NCBI RefSeq assembly: GCF_006345805.1
Contig: NC_043019.1
Location: forward strand, 15,685,360 to 15,749,359
Direction: 5' to 3'
From: Octopus sinensis
Lineage: Eukaryota
DNA: 64,000 bases
Positions within the stretch are counted from its first letter, which is position 1. Each line of letters begins with the position of its first letter. The notes below the pieces were generated by a model, which was not told where the DNA came from, searched no databases, and saw nothing but the letters and a program-made list of their open reading frames with translations. The position numbers were made by a program, and so were the translations under genes. Below are positions 26,062 to 40,562 of the stretch, one piece after another.

Positions 26062-28504
26062 TCAATAAATGGTGGGGTTGTGTTGACCGCACGTGGATAA
26101 ATGATAAGCAAGGAAAAATTGTAAAAATGCATATATATATAAAAATGTATATATATATGTGTGTGTGTGTGTGTGATTGTTTCTGTGTTTGTCCCCCACC
26201 ACTGCTTGACAACCAGTGATAGTGTGTTTATATTCCCATAACTTAGTGGTTTGGCTAAAGAGACTGATCGAATAAGTGCCCATGTTCAGCAAAAAAACAA
26301 ATGGACTAGGATCAAATCCTTCAAGTGAGTGCCCCAGCATGACCGTAGCCTAGTGACTAAAACAAGTAAAAAATAGAAGATATTATGAGTACATAGTAAG
26401 CATTTTAGAGGTATTCTGTTGAGGGTAGATAGTAAACACTGAACAAGTTCTCCATTAGGGGTAGACAGCAGACATTAAAGAAGGCTTAAACTTTGGGTAG
26501 ATTGCAGCGAGGGAAGTCTTGTATCAAATTCAAAGACTCAAAGATGCCATGTTTGTAATTACTAACAACGAAATTGGATATTAAGTTTAATAGTAGTTAG
26601 TGTTTTGTTAGTATTAAAATAGTTGGATTCTGTTGGTGTCAGTATTAATACAATAACGACCATTGAAATGAACTAAGTTAATTACCATTGAGCTAATTAC
26701 AGATTACTAGTAAACAGCATGAGATACGTCTTGTTTAGAGACTTATCTTACTCTGCAGGAAGGAAAATTGCTTCATTCAGGAACCTAATTGGCAACAACA
26801 GTGTTAAACAGCACAAACAAAGGGTTGTGTGTATTGATAAGTAATTTCTCTAAACTTGTATGTATATATATATATATATATATATTCTTGTGGGTGGGGT
26901 GTGGGTGGGGTGTGGGTGGGGGCTGTTATTGGAGGTGGTGAGGGGAGAGGTCGATTAATTATACATTGAAATTAGTAAAGTCTGTGAGCCTCGCCTCGCA
27001 TATATGATGATACACACATGTGCTTGCACACACACACACACCACACACACACACACACACACACCACACACACATGCTCTCTCTCAGTATAAAAACGAGT
27101 AAGAATATGCATCACATCACTCTTACTACATCCAACACAAGTTACTATGGAAAAAAAACAGTTTAACACTGATGATGATGATGATGATACACCTTGGACT
27201 TTATTATCATATTTTATTTTTTTTATAAACAATATAGTGTGCTTTGAGTGAGATTTGGCTACTCCTGCTAGCAAGCTAGGACACAGAGTGCATCTCCCTT
27301 ACATGATAATGATGCTAATGATGACAATGCCAGCAGCTATTGATAATAATGTTGCAGTCGATAACAATGACAGTTGATATTTGTTATCATCATCATTTAC
27401 CATGCGTGTTCCATGCTGGCATGGATTGTCTGGTTGGACAGGATCCAATGGGTCTAAGAACTGCATCATGTTCCAGTGTCTTCTTTGGCACAATTCCTAC
27501 AGCTTGATGCCCATTCTGTTGCCTGACAACTTCTCTATAGCATTTACTAAATGCATTTTTTTTCCTGGCAACTGTACTCGAGAAGTTGCTATACAACCTT
27601 CGAGACTAAGATCCCTTTTGACTGAGTTGGGGTACAGTTGGGAAAATGGCAGCTTTTTGCTATGAACTCAGAACATAGTGCCAGGCAAAATGCCACAAAG
27701 CATTTTACTCAGTGTGCTAACGGTTCTGCCAGTTCACTGCCTCAATAATAATAATAATAACTACTACTACTACTACTACGGCCCCAGAGTTCAGCTAGAG
27801 TGTATTTTATTGACTCCTGAAAGAGATGAAAGGTAAAGTCAGCCTTGGCAGAAATTGAACTCAGAACAGAAGGATGGATGAAATGTGACCAAGTATTTTG
27901 TCTGGTGTCAGTTGGTATGCTAGAAATAGCTGCCAATCTCCATCACATACATCCTAAATGATGGTATCTATTATACTTTTTCTTTTACTTGTTTCTGTCA
28001 TTGAAGCGTGGCCATGCTAAGATTTTGCTTGAAAGGGTTTAATTAAACAAATTGCACTCAGCACTCAAGTGTTTTTTTAAAGTCTGGCACTTATTCTATT
28101 GGACTCTTTTGCCGGACTGCTAAGTTACAGGAATACCAGGAAACCAAAACCAATTGTCATGCAATGATGGGCTTTCACAAAGTTTCTGTCTATCAGACTC
28201 ATTCACGAAAACATTAATCATCCTGGGGCTATAACAAAACACACGTACCCAAGATGCCATGCAGTAGGACTGAACCCAGAGACCATTTGGTTGCAAAGCA
28301 AGCTTTTTAACTTCACAGCCATGTCTGTGCCAATGGCCATGGCTGGATTGCTTTCAAACTAAAAACTGCCCTGTCAGAGTTGACCCAGATGCTTGACATC
28401 AACAACAATGGCAACAATAAAATGCAAAGTAGTCTTAAGCTTGTTCACTCTACTAATTTCCTGTTTTAAAATTTTTCCTAAATGACTTTTGTCATTAGAC
28501 ATTC

Positions 28505-28538
<34 letters not shown>

Positions 28539-29694
28539 CCTTATTTAGTGTAAATGTTTGTTTTGACAAAAATTCGTCTGGAGAAGTAAATCTACTTTAA
28601 AAATAATTGAGAAGAATTTTCTAAATTTATCATTTTTTTTTTGCTTCTTGAGAAACTTGTATATCTGTGTGATGAGGTGTGTATGTGTGTGTATAGTTGG
28701 CTGTATGTGGTCATTTGACCAATGAGAAATAGCAGTCTAAGTATAATTTCAGTAATATTTCCTCACGTTAAGAAAGTGACAGACACAGGCAGTGAGAGTT
28801 GTGTGGTTAAGAAGTTTGCTTCCCTACCACATGGGTCCAGGTTCAATCCTTCTCTATTGCACCTTGAGTAAGTGTCTTCTACTATAGCCTCAGGCTGAGC
28901 AAAGCCTTGTGAGTGGATTCGCGGTTCCTCTACAACAAGAACCTGCTCTACCCTGACCTCTTGTCTCAAAACTTAAACCCCCATCAAACATAAGGATGCA
29001 GCCCCACTTCAAGTTTTATAGACTTGTGAACAGCATGAAGATCTCAGTCTTACCAATGCCACAAAAAAAAAAAGCATTCCACTCTGTAAAGTGGTTGACA
29101 CTAAGAAGGGAATCCAGCTGTAGAAATCAAGCCAAAACACACACAGGAACATGATCCTTGGACCTTTAGGATTCTTGTCAGACCATCCAAACCATGCCGG
29201 CATGGGGGGACAATGGTGTTAAAGGATGATGATGAGGATGTGTGTCTGTGTGTGTGGATGAAGATCCCTTCCAGTCATGAATGACTGTGGGATTGCACCT
29301 AGAAAGTTCCCCTCCAAGGCACAAGCCCAAGAAAGGTGGTTTGTGGAAGACTAGCAGACACCCATGCCCACCAGCCTTCCCCTCTCCATGCCACTGATGC
29401 TATCCAAGGGAAAGGCAAAGGGGCCGATACAGCTTGGCGCCAGTGATGTCACAATTCATTTCTACTGATGAGTGAACTGGGGCAACATGAAATAAAGTGT
29501 CTTGCTTAAGAACACAACATACAGCCCAGTCCAGGAATCGAACTCACTACCTCATGATTGTGAGCTTGACACTCTAACCACTGAGCTATGCACCTTCATA
29601 TATGTGTGTACAAATACACATATGTATGTGTATTTGTATATATCAAATCAAATCAAAATAGATGAACATCAATGGAATTTGTATCTTTGCGGTA

Positions 29695-30145
29695 CTAGTG
29701 CCGGTGGCACACAAGAAAACCATCCGAACGTGGCCGTAGCCAGTACCGCATCGACTGGCCTCCGTGCTGTGGGCACATAAGAAACACCATCCGATCGTGG
29801 CCGTTCGTCAGCCTCGTCTGGCACCTGTGTCGGTGGCACATAAAAACACCATCCGAGCGTGGCCGTTCGCCAGCCTCGTCTGGCACCTGTGTCGGTGGCA
29901 CATAAAAACACCGTCCGAGCGTGGCCGTTCGCCAGCCTCGTCTGGCACCTGTGTCGGTGGCACATAAAATCACCCACTACACTCTCGGAGTGGTTGGCGT
30001 TAGGAAGGGCATCCAGCTGTAGAAACACTGCCAGATCTGACTGGCCTGGTGCAGCCTTTGGGCTCCCCAGACCCCAGTTGAACCGTCCAACCCATGCTAG
30101 CATGGAAAGCGGACGTTAAATGATGATGATGATGATGATGATGAT
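29695..30145 (+). mobile_element. Family C SINE (GAT-tailed) with internal 62-bp tandem expansion
   Basis: GCACCTGTGT recurs at 29821, 29883 and 29945 (period 62). It is followed by the canonical body AAGGGCATCCAGCTGTAGAAAC...CCAACCCATGCTAGCATGGAAAGCGGACGTTAAA and (GAT)n. Confidence 0.85.
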
Positions 30146-30459
30146 GTATACAACCACGGAGTGGTTGGTGTTAGGAAGGGCATCCAGCTGTAGAAACACT
30201 GCCAGATCAGACTGGAGCCTGGTGCAGCCTTCTGGCTTCCCAGACCCCAGTTGAACCGTCCAACCCATGCTAACATGGAGAATGGACGTTAAACGATGAT
30301 GATGATGTATCTGTGTGTGTGTATGAATGCATATGTATGTATATATGTTTGTGTATGTCTACATGTGTGTGTGAGTGTATATATTTATATATATATATAT
30401 ATATATGTTTGCGCATGTATGCATATACATATGTTGTGCATACATATATATCCTTCTCA

Positions 30460-30780
30460 TTCACCTCTTTCTATCCGCCATCTTCCCAACTCTCACACCC
30501 ACGCAAATTGTGAAGAATTTCATGCTACATAAAGATATCAATCAGAATGTTATGCCACGTACCATTATCGCCGAAATATAAACAAACACCAATTAGTGAT
30601 ATTACCCCAAATAATATTCTCTTCACCCTATCAAGACATATTTTATCCTCGCTTCGTTTCCGCTTAACAAATAAACCAAAAAAATAAAGGTTGTTTATGT
30701 TGTTGTTGCGGTTGACGTCAGACATAGCAGACCTGCAATCAAAGTCATTCCAGATCCAGCTGTGATCAGGCATAGTTTAT
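30460..30780 (-). promoter_or_regulatory. Candidate promoter / first-exon region
   Basis: Non-repetitive and locally CpG-retaining. Contains the YY1-type AAGATGGCGG (minus, 30475-30484) overlapping an ATG, followed by AG|GTGAAT, and a CRE palindrome TGACGTCA (30713-30720). Confidence 0.4.
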
Positions 30781-31988
30781 CTAGGACTACATTATCTAAT
30801 GTGTTCTGTTCTGTTTGGTGTTTAGTTCTAAGCTGTTATTGTGTAGAGTTTGATGAAAGGCATTCCAGCTGGTAACTGTTGTACCTCAGGCTTTTGTTTT
30901 TGCTTTTTTTTCAGACACTGTATATCTAAGAGTATTCTTGGCTTGAGTGTTCTTCGTCTTTTAGCCAGTATTATTTGAGGGAAATGAGACTACTATTTCT
31001 AGCTGGTTGAGTGGACACGTACAGATTTTTCTCTTTGGTTCATTTGTTGGTGTGTTGTGAGATGGTGTTGTGACCAACATTTGTCTGTCTCTTAACACCA
31101 TTAGAGGTCTGTCTCACAACAGCTTATGTAGTTAGTTATAGACACTACATGCTTCACAACAGTTTGGATTGTGAGATGATGCAGGAACCACACACACAAT
31201 GAGTTTCCATGCAGTTTGTCTCTACCAGATTCCTTCATAAGGCACTAGTTGGCCAGGGGCTTTATTCTTTTTCCTTTTACTTGTTTCAGTCATTTGACTA
31301 CAGCCATGCTGGAGCACCGCCTTTAGTTCAAGAAATCGATTCCAGAACTTATTCTTTGCAAGCCTAGTACTTATCAGTCTGTTTTTGCCAAACTGCTAAG
31401 TAACAGGAGCATAAACACATCAACATCAGTTGTCAAGTGATGGTGGTGGGACAAACACAGATACACAAACATATACATATATATATGATGGGCTTCTTTC
31501 AGTTTCCATCTACCAAATCCACTCACAAAGCTTTGGTCGGCCTGAGACTATAGTAGAAGACACATGCCCAAGGTGCCATGTAGTGGGACTGAACCCAGAA
31601 CCATATGATTGGAAAGCAAGCTTCTTACCACACAGCCACGCCCCAGGTGCCATGCAGTGAGACTGAACCGAGAACCACCTGGTTTCAAAGCAATCTTCTT
31701 AATCATACAGCCATGATGTCTAGTCCAGAAAAACTGCTGTCTTTCTCTATGTTCTGGATGAGAACTATTTCGTGGAAGTTGACAAAGTTTGTGTCAGTTC
31801 AACCAGCTGAATATTAAGGCTTACTCTCAGTCTGGGAGGAAGGGGTTAGTTAGTCCTGAACAAACCAGTCTGACTTCACTTGTCCTTTTTTTTTTACCTC
31901 ATATAAAACTTAATACAAACTCTTGAACTTCAGTAAGCATATCTCTGCATATGTGTGTCGGTCCGTATATATATTTGTTCATATACTT

Positions 31989-32040
<52 letters not shown>

Positions 32041-33937
32041 GTATGTGTGTATGGTGTTTCTTAGAGGGACTAGTATTCATTTCATGGCAAATAAAAAGGA
32101 AGAGAAATACAAATGTAAGACAATACAATTTGTGGGAAGCCATGACTGCTGGAAACGAATGGAGAACGAAATGGTAGGACTTTCAATTTGAGATGGTGTT
32201 AAGTACTAGTGGCGACGGTAGTGTTAAGTAGTGGTGTTGGTGGTAGTAATAGCAGTAGTGGTAGTAGGCAGTGAAGTACTGAAAATGTAAATATGGTCTG
32301 TGATATAGCAGTGGTGGTGATGGTAGCGAAGTGTGGTGAGAAAATATAAGGTAGGCAGGTCTGCTCTGATAGACTGAAGGGAGAAACACAAAAACAAAAT
32401 TATAAGTTGGCAGTTGTAAAATAAATATATATGAGATAGCAACAACAACAACAACAAAAATCTTATAGCAGTGAGTCAGGGGGAAAATGCTAATAGTGAG
32501 TCATATTTCTTGTATGTAGTATTCCTCCCTCTCTCCCTCTCTGCCTGTCTCTCTCTCTCTCTCTCTCTTTCTGTCTGTCTCTGTTTCTCTCTCTCTCTCT
32601 CTCTGCTTGGACTACTTCTGCTTGCTGCTTTGAACATACCAAATTGTAGACAAACCCAGGCTCACATTTCTAGGGCAGCATACTCTGAAAACTTTAGCAA
32701 CAAAACAAAATAAATACAGAAATAAAGAGAGACACAACAACAGTTCTGCTTGTCTCTCTGTCTCCCTGTCAGACCCCCCCCCATCTCTCTCTCTCTCTCA
32801 TTATAAACACACACACACACAAACCACAGAGAGACTGACTTTCTCACACTCCCTCCACTGTTTGTATGAACAATGGTGGAATCAAGATAAAGTTTAGAAA
32901 CTTTTTTTTTTGTTACATGTCAAAAGTCCATGTCCTCTGCTTGATTTAATGAGAATAGAATTTAATAAAAATTATTTCATACGTAAAACATGTTGTGTGA
33001 AATACATTCGAAATACATTAATAAATATCTATTATATATATAAAAAAAAAAAGAAGAAAAAGTTGTCTATTTGTAAAATAGAGTTAAAAGCTGTCTTCTG
33101 AAACCTGTACAGTGCAAATAGGAAGACAGAAATGTGAAACTAGAAGCAGTGCAACAACAACAACAAGCTGTGTACTCTTTTACTTCATATTCCAAGTATC
33201 TTGTCTTTGACATATTTCAATCATTGGACTGTGGCCATGCTGGGGCATTTACCTTGAAGGATTCTAGTCACATAAATCCATTTCCCTCTTGGGACATATT
33301 TTAAAGTCTGGTACATATTCTTTTGGTGTCCACTCATGCACACACACACACACACACACACAGTCTTTTATTCTTTTACTTCTTTCAGTCATTTTTACTG
33401 TGGCCATGCTGTAGCACCACCTTGAAGTGGTTTTGTCAAACAGTTCGACCTCAGGACTTATTTTTAAAGCACAGTCTCTTTTGCCAAACCACTAAGTTAC
33501 AGGGACATAAACACACCAACAACTGTTGTCAAGTGATGATAATGGAGATACACAGACACACACACACACACACATGATGGGCTTCTTTCAGTTTCCATCT
33601 ACCAAATCCACTCACAAGGCTTTGGTCTGCCCAATGCTATAGTAGAAGACACTTGCCCAAGGTGCCACAAAGTGAGACTGAACCCGGAACCATGTGGTTG
33701 GGAAGCAAGCCTCTTACCACACAACCACACCTCCACCTATATCATCATCATCATCATTTAACGTCTGTTGTTCATGCTGGCATGGGTTGGACGGTTTGAC
33801 AGGGGCTGGTAAGCTGGAGGGCTGCACCAGACTCCAGTCTGATTTAGCATGGTTTTCTATGGCTGGTTGATTTTTTTCGATTGAAAGTGGTGCTCCAGCA
33901 TGGCTGCAGTCAAATGACTAAAACAAGTAAAAGAATA

Positions 33938-34265
33938 TACGAGGAGAAGTCAAAAATTATCCACACTTTCGTAACCTATCTTCATTATTGTGCTAAAAGC
34001 CTCCGATGAATTTCAGCCCTTGATACGCCTTCCAATCAGAGAAATCGGATCACTGCTCTTGGTTCTTCTTTGGTGCATTTTGTTAGTGGAGCAGCCAGGC
34101 TTACATTCTGGAGCAGCCAGAAAGAAAAATGGTGTGATTAGACTCAAACTTCGATCACGTGAACACAATAGTACCAACTATAAGCACGCATGAGTAGAAG
34201 GCAGTGTGACACTAATAAAGGTATGTTATGGCAAAAGTATGGATAACTTTTGACTTCCCCTCGTG
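33938..34265. mobile_element. Mariner-type MITE
   Basis: About 26-bp TIRs TACGAGGAGAAGTCAAAAATTATCCA and revcomp CACGAGGGGAAGTCAAAAGTTATCCA. Left TA is intact and the interior is non-coding. Confidence 0.75.
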
Positions 34266-36132
34266 TCATCATCATCATCATCTTCGTTTAGCGTCCGCTT
34301 TCCATGCTAGCATGGGTTGGACGGTTCAACTGGGGTCTGTGAAGCCAGAAGGCTGCACCAGGCCCAGTCTGATCTGGCAATGTTTCTACGGCTGGATGCC
34401 CTTCCTAACGCCAACCACTCCGTGAGTGTAGTGGGTGCTTTTTACATGCCACCGGCTATGATCATTAAAAAGTTTTAAAATGTTTAAAAGTTCCCACAAC
34501 TGTTTCGTGAATATACCTTCTCTTAAAATGAAGTCCAAAATTGGTGCCCCAGCATGGCCGTAGTCTAATGACTGAAGCAAATGAAAGGTATAAAAAGGAT
34601 GGTTGTTATTGTTTCACATCCTAATATTCTTTTCTACTCTAGGCTCAAGGCCCAGAATTTTGGGGGAGGTGGAGCAGTCGATTAGATCGACCCACTATGC
34701 AACTGGTACTTAATTTATCAACCCCGAAAGGATAAAAGCAAAGTCAACCTCAGTGGAATTTGAACTCATAACGTAAAGACAGACGAAATACTGCTAAGCA
34801 TTTCGCCCGGTGTGCTAACGTTTCTGCCAGTTTTACATCCTAATATTGTTGAATTTAATGCTCAGCCTTCTACAGGTTAGTCACAGTATAAGCATCTCTA
34901 CTCATGCCACATGCCTTAATCTGTCATAAGTTATGTCATGTGTTGTATAGTGAAAAGTATAATTGATGACAACAGATATGTGGTGAAAGCTTCATCTCAA
35001 ATCTCAGATTCCATTCATGAAGAATCTGCTGCCACTATTAATAATCTGCCTGCCAAAAGTGACAGACAATAACTTTCTGGATATTAAAGAGGAGAAAATA
35101 AATCTAGGGAAATAATAAATTCTATTTTAGTAGCCATAACCATGTCCTCGGGGGACAGAGGCTGTTACTGGCAAAAACTGGCGCACAGGTGAGTGAAATT
35201 AATAGTTGTGTATTTAGGAGCCTGTGATCCATGTTTAGGTCCCTGGAGGGAATGGTTTAATTCCTGTTTTGTTTCAAGGGTGGTGGCAAGCCAATTGTGT
35301 TTAGCTGGTCTGTGGCCCCTCAGGGACATAGGAAACAGGGATCTGGCACCATGTGAAATGGATATAGTTTAAAATAAATTCCTTATTACAATTCCAAGAA
35401 TGTAATGAGAAAAGAATGTGACAGTATGTTTATATACATAAATGCATATATATTTAACTATATACATACACACACACACACACACGGGGAGTTGGTTGAT
35501 GCATACATGCATACCTACCAACATACATACACATGCATGTATGCACAACAGCCATAGATACACAAGTAGAAATCCTCATACTTGTACACTCATATAAAAT
35601 TTCACTCTTAAAAGCACATACCTCCCACGTATACAAATGCGCACACACTTGTATGTATATGTATATATATATATATACACACACACATGTATACATATGT
35701 GTGTGTATGTAATATAATATAGCATGATATATGCATCTTGTTGGCTGAATCATTAAAGCATTGGATAGATTGCTTTCAAGTATTCATTCTATTTCTCTGT
35801 GCTCTGAGTTCGAATCCCACCAAGGTCAACTTTGCCTTTCATCCTTCTGGGATTGATAAACTACCAGTGAAATACTGGGATGGGGTGGAAGGGTCTATGT
35901 AATTGAGTAACCCTCTCCTCCTTAAAATGCTGGCCTTGTACCAGAATTGGAAGCATTTGTTCTGGTCTCATTAAGATGATGAAATCTCTCAGACAACAGC
36001 AACACTGGACATTTATCTCCCATCTCTTATCTGCACTGTTTCTATGGACCTTGACTCTGTGGTGCCAACTTGTCTGAGACTGCACTTTTGGTTCTAAACA
36101 TAAGTTAGAAACTTCCATCATAATTGTATTAA

Positions 36133-36336
36133 CCCTTTCGTTACCAACCTGGTTGAAATCACCTCTGTCTTGTTTTCATAAGTTTTGAATTAAAGTCTTC
36201 CACCAAACCTTAGTCACAATTTATGTTCCTAACACTAGCTGAATGATAACTAAGTTATTTTACTAAATTCTTTGTTATATTTAAAATAATTGAAAGAAAC
36301 GCAGAGCACCTCAAAATAAATACGGAAATGGAAGGG
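36133..36336. mobile_element. piggyBac-like MITE
   Basis: TTAA|CCCTTTCGTTACC ... GGAAATGGAAGGG|TTAA. A related copy lies in opposite orientation near 25610-25830. Confidence 0.7.
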
Positions 36337-37899
36337 TTAAAGTAGGTTTTCGTAAGTTAAGTTCCTGTTTTATGTCATTTTCAATAATAATAAAAATAAT
36401 AATTGTTCCCATCACTTAGACTGGACAAATTTGTTACCAACCATGCCAACATGGAAAACTTACGTTAAATGAAAATGATGTAACACTTATTATATATTAC
36501 TCTTATCTCTGTATTCTGCAAAGAGTTAATTTTTTTTTTACAGGCTTAATTATGAAAAATTTGTTAATTTTACTAAACTCTTTCAAATTCTTAATCGTTT
36601 TGAAAATTAACTAAAACACATGGGCAATATTTTTCATTAGAAATATGGTAATGTAATTACAAGTTTAATTAATTTTATTTCAGTTTATTAAAAAGAAAAA
36701 CAAGCAAGCAAACACCCCCAGTAAAATATTAACTCAGTCATTTATAGTTTCCAAAATCTGCTGCTGTAAATATCAGTTCTCATAATTACTGATGATCTCT
36801 CTTCAACAAACCAGCATCGCCCCTGCATGCCTCCCTTGGAAAGTGCTATTTGCTCATCATTGAAATGGGTATGGCAGCTTTCCTTTGGGTGTATTTCTTA
36901 CAAGGCACCATCTTGTCCCCGTCATGTAGCCGAGTTCACCACACACGTCTGGGATCTCAGAATGTAGAGAACAAGAACAAAACTCAAAAAAACAGTTCAT
37001 CTATCGTCTTTTACTTGTTTCAGTCATTAGATTGTGGCCATGCTGGGGCATCATCTTGATGAACTTTTAGTTGATTGAATTGACCCCAGTACTTATGGGT
37101 TCTTTTAAGCTTGGCATTTATTCTATTGATCTATTTTGTTGAACCACTAAGTTACAAGGATGTAAAAACACCAACACTGGTTGTCAAGCAGTGGTAGAGG
37201 ACAAATACTGACACAAACACATTTATAGAGGGCTCCCCTACCACATGGTTTACAGTTCTAGCCTCAGGCCAACCAAAGCCTTGTGAATGGATTAAGTATA
37301 TAGAAACTGAAAGAAACCCATCATGTATGGATGTGAAAAGAAAAAGGAGGTAGTCAGAATTTTGGATGATTATTTTGTGCCTTCATCTCATTTCAGAAAT
37401 TCATCATGTGTGTGTGTGTGTGTGTATTTGTGCATGTGTGTGTGTGCATGCTTGTGTTTGTCCCCTCACCATTTGACAACCAGTGTTGGTGTGTTTACAT
37501 CTCTTTAACAAAGCGCTTTAGCAAAAGAGACCAAAAAAAAAAAGTACCAGGCTTCAAAAACAAAATGAGTACTGGGGTTGATTCATTCGACTGGAATTCT
37601 TGAAGGAGGTGCCCCAGCATGGCCGCACTCTAATGACTGAAACAGATAAAAAGCAAAAGATTTATACAAGGTGCACCAGGCAACTGAGAGCAAAACAAGA
37701 CATGAAACAGTAAAAAAAAACAAGGAAAACAAAGAAAAAAACCAACATGCATTGAGAAAAACAACTTATTTAATTAGATACATCAAAGAAACAAACCATT
37801 CAACAAAACTTGCCCCTCTCCTAATGTCATTTCCTGTTGTGGCCATGGAAAGAACCCCATGCTAAGATTGGGTGGATGCTCTACAGTTGTCCTTCTCAT

Positions 37900-38420
37900 G
37901 GTGGTAGCTCCTAATGAGTTTTTGGCACTTTGGAACCACCAGCTGGTTCCTACCTCGCAACAACGGTGTAGATGTAGCTGTTTGGGGGCTGAAATTAGGA
38001 GAGCTAGGGGGCCACATGATGGGGGAAGGGTTCACATTGTCTCGTAGTTGTCCTGAGTTTTGTTGGACATGCTCTACTTTCTCCTCATCATGCAGGGCTT
38101 GTGCCTGATGCCCTCATGCCAAACACTTGATAATGGACCCTTGAAACCCAAGCTACTCAAGGATGGCTTTTATTTGACCAACTGGAATTGTCATTGATGA
38201 CATCCTGATCTTACTGGGTGCAATCTGCCATCATAACATCTAAATGCTGAAAGTGTTTTTCTCTTTGCTATGGATTACACTTCCTCACTAGGGGCCTTGT
38301 GCTTTCCTGATCCTGAACATAAAAGGCCTGGCTATGTTCAATTATTGGCAGTCATCACATCATTGTGGCTGACAACTAGAGATATGAGCACCATGTGTCT
38401 GTTTATTTTGTTTGTCATGT
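37900..38420 (-). mobile_element. Highly decayed Tc1/mariner-superfamily transposase remnant
   Basis: Frameshifted pieces VLISLVVSHNDVM and LRDNVNPSPIMWPPSSPNFSP resemble the VMVFGVVSSxGDVM and WPPxSPDLNP motifs. Confidence 0.45.
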
Positions 38421-40562
38421 TGATGAGATTGATACAACTGAAAGAGAAATGAGAAAGTTAAAATTTGGTGCATCCTACATAAAATTAGATTGAGTCAGCT
38501 TTCCTTTATGGCCTACCAAAATTTATTCAGAAATGCCCAGTGCACCCTATATACACACACACATATAAAATAGGATGTTTGTTTGCTATTATTGCAGTCA
38601 TGATTATGTGGTTATGAAGCTTGCTTTCCAACCATGAGGTCTCAGTTTCAATCCTACTGTGCAGCATTTATGGAATGTTTTCTGCTATAGACCTGGGTCT
38701 ATGGTGAATTTAGTAGACAGAAGCTGTGTGGAGCTCATCATATAGTGTATGTGTGTGTGTATATACTCTTGTCTTGGCATCATGTAATGGTTGTAAATGA
38801 GCATCACTGTCATACAAGCAAGGTTGTTCGTTTCCAGTCTTCCATGAAAAAGCTGCCTGGCCGTGCGGAAGATATTACCTCACTTGTAAACAGAGAGCTG
38901 GCAGAAGCGTTAGCGCACCGGGCATAACAGCATTTGACCTGCCTTACATTCTGAGTTCAAATTCCACTGAGGTCGACTTTGCCTTTCATCCTTCCAGGGT
39001 CGATAAAATAAATAGCAGTTGAGTGCTGGGGTGGGGGCAACGTAATTGACTTGCATCCACCCCAAAACTGCTGGCCTTGTGCCAAAATTTGAAATCATTA
39101 TCATTATTATTATCATTTTAATTAAGGCAGTGAGGTGGCAGAACTTTTAGCATGCTGGGTAAAAAGCTTAGCAGCATTTCCTCTGTTTTTAGGTTCTGAG
39201 TTCAAATTCCTCCAGGGTCAAGTTTGCTGTTCATCTTTCCAGGGTCGATAAAATAAGTACCAGTTGAGCACTGGGGCCAATGTTATCGACTTACCCCTGT
39301 CCATGAAAATTGCTGGTCTTGTGCTAAAATTTGAAACCAAAATGACTAACTTAGATGCTTAAAGGTGGTGCCTTAGCATGGGCTGAAACCAAGTAAGCGA
39401 ACCCAGTAAAGCTGTGCACTAGAAATATAATATATCTCTAAATATCTGAGTGTATTTATACCATAAAATTCTCGTGAGAAACTAAAATTAAAAATATAAT
39501 ATCTGGGGAATTTTACCAATTTTATTAAGAAATAAACTGAAACGAATCTTTACCCCCTTATGTATTCTTTCATTACGTTCCGTATCGTTTTTCTTTTAAG
39601 TGTTTTAGTCACTTGACTGTGGCCATGCTGGGGCACTACCTTGAAGAATTTTAGTTGAATGAATCAACCCTAGTAAGTTCTTTCTTTTTAAGCCAGGTAC
39701 TTACTCTGTCAATCTCTTTTGCCAAACTGCTAAGTTACAGGGACATAAACACACCAACACCAGTTGTCAGGTGGAGGGTGGGGGTGCAAATGCATACACA
39801 CACACACATCAGACATCACAAGCAAACCACCTTTGTTTTACACGATCAGTTTATTAACCAACCAATCAGCGTGAGGTGATGGTGTGGGCAGGTTTTCTCA
39901 AACATTCCAGAACCTGGCTTCCAGCCCCCTACAGTAACAGTTCAGCATGCATTACACCCAGATGACCCCGGAAGGTGGCTAAGACAGATAGCGCAGATAA
40001 ATGATAGGAACCTCCGTCACCATGAATATAGCACAATTGTTTCCAGTTGTGTTGGACAAGCTGCAGTTTGTCCCACCATTCCAAGCAGGGCCTCTCTTCC
40101 AGTATTTCTTTATTGCTGTTGTTATCTGTCAAAGGCTAACGTAGTTTTGACTTTGTGCAATAATAAAATCTTGTCAAATGTTTGTGGGTGTTGTTCACTT
40201 CTAGACGCAGCCCAAGAAACATTTTTCATTCATCAACTCAACCAGTCACCCCCACAGACCATCCCGACAACCTTCAGTCTGCAAAAGATACATTGGACAA
40301 TCTAGTCTTGAATATATCGTTTTATGTCCGCTTTCCATTGTGGCAGGGGTGGCCATGGGCTGATGTTTGATAAATAGAGATCTGTGACATGATTATCTTG
40401 GCTAACAACTGGGCTTTATATTATTGGCAGCAGTGCTTCAGCATGGCCTTGATCTGGTGATTGACACAAGTAAAATAACAAAATGACAATGACTGACGAG
40501 GGTGATGACAATAACAATGATGACAGTAGTGGTAGTGGTGATAATAGAGCAGAGGTGTTGGT

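Noticed and set aside
30700-30725. VVAVDVR resembling the WDR13 N-terminal VLAVDAR
   Set aside because: No preceding MAAVWQQ, no ATG and no suitable donor.
39880-40305. Stop-free plus frame of about 141 codons without ATG
   Set aside because: No recognisable motif or splice boundaries; compatible with chance or decayed repeat.
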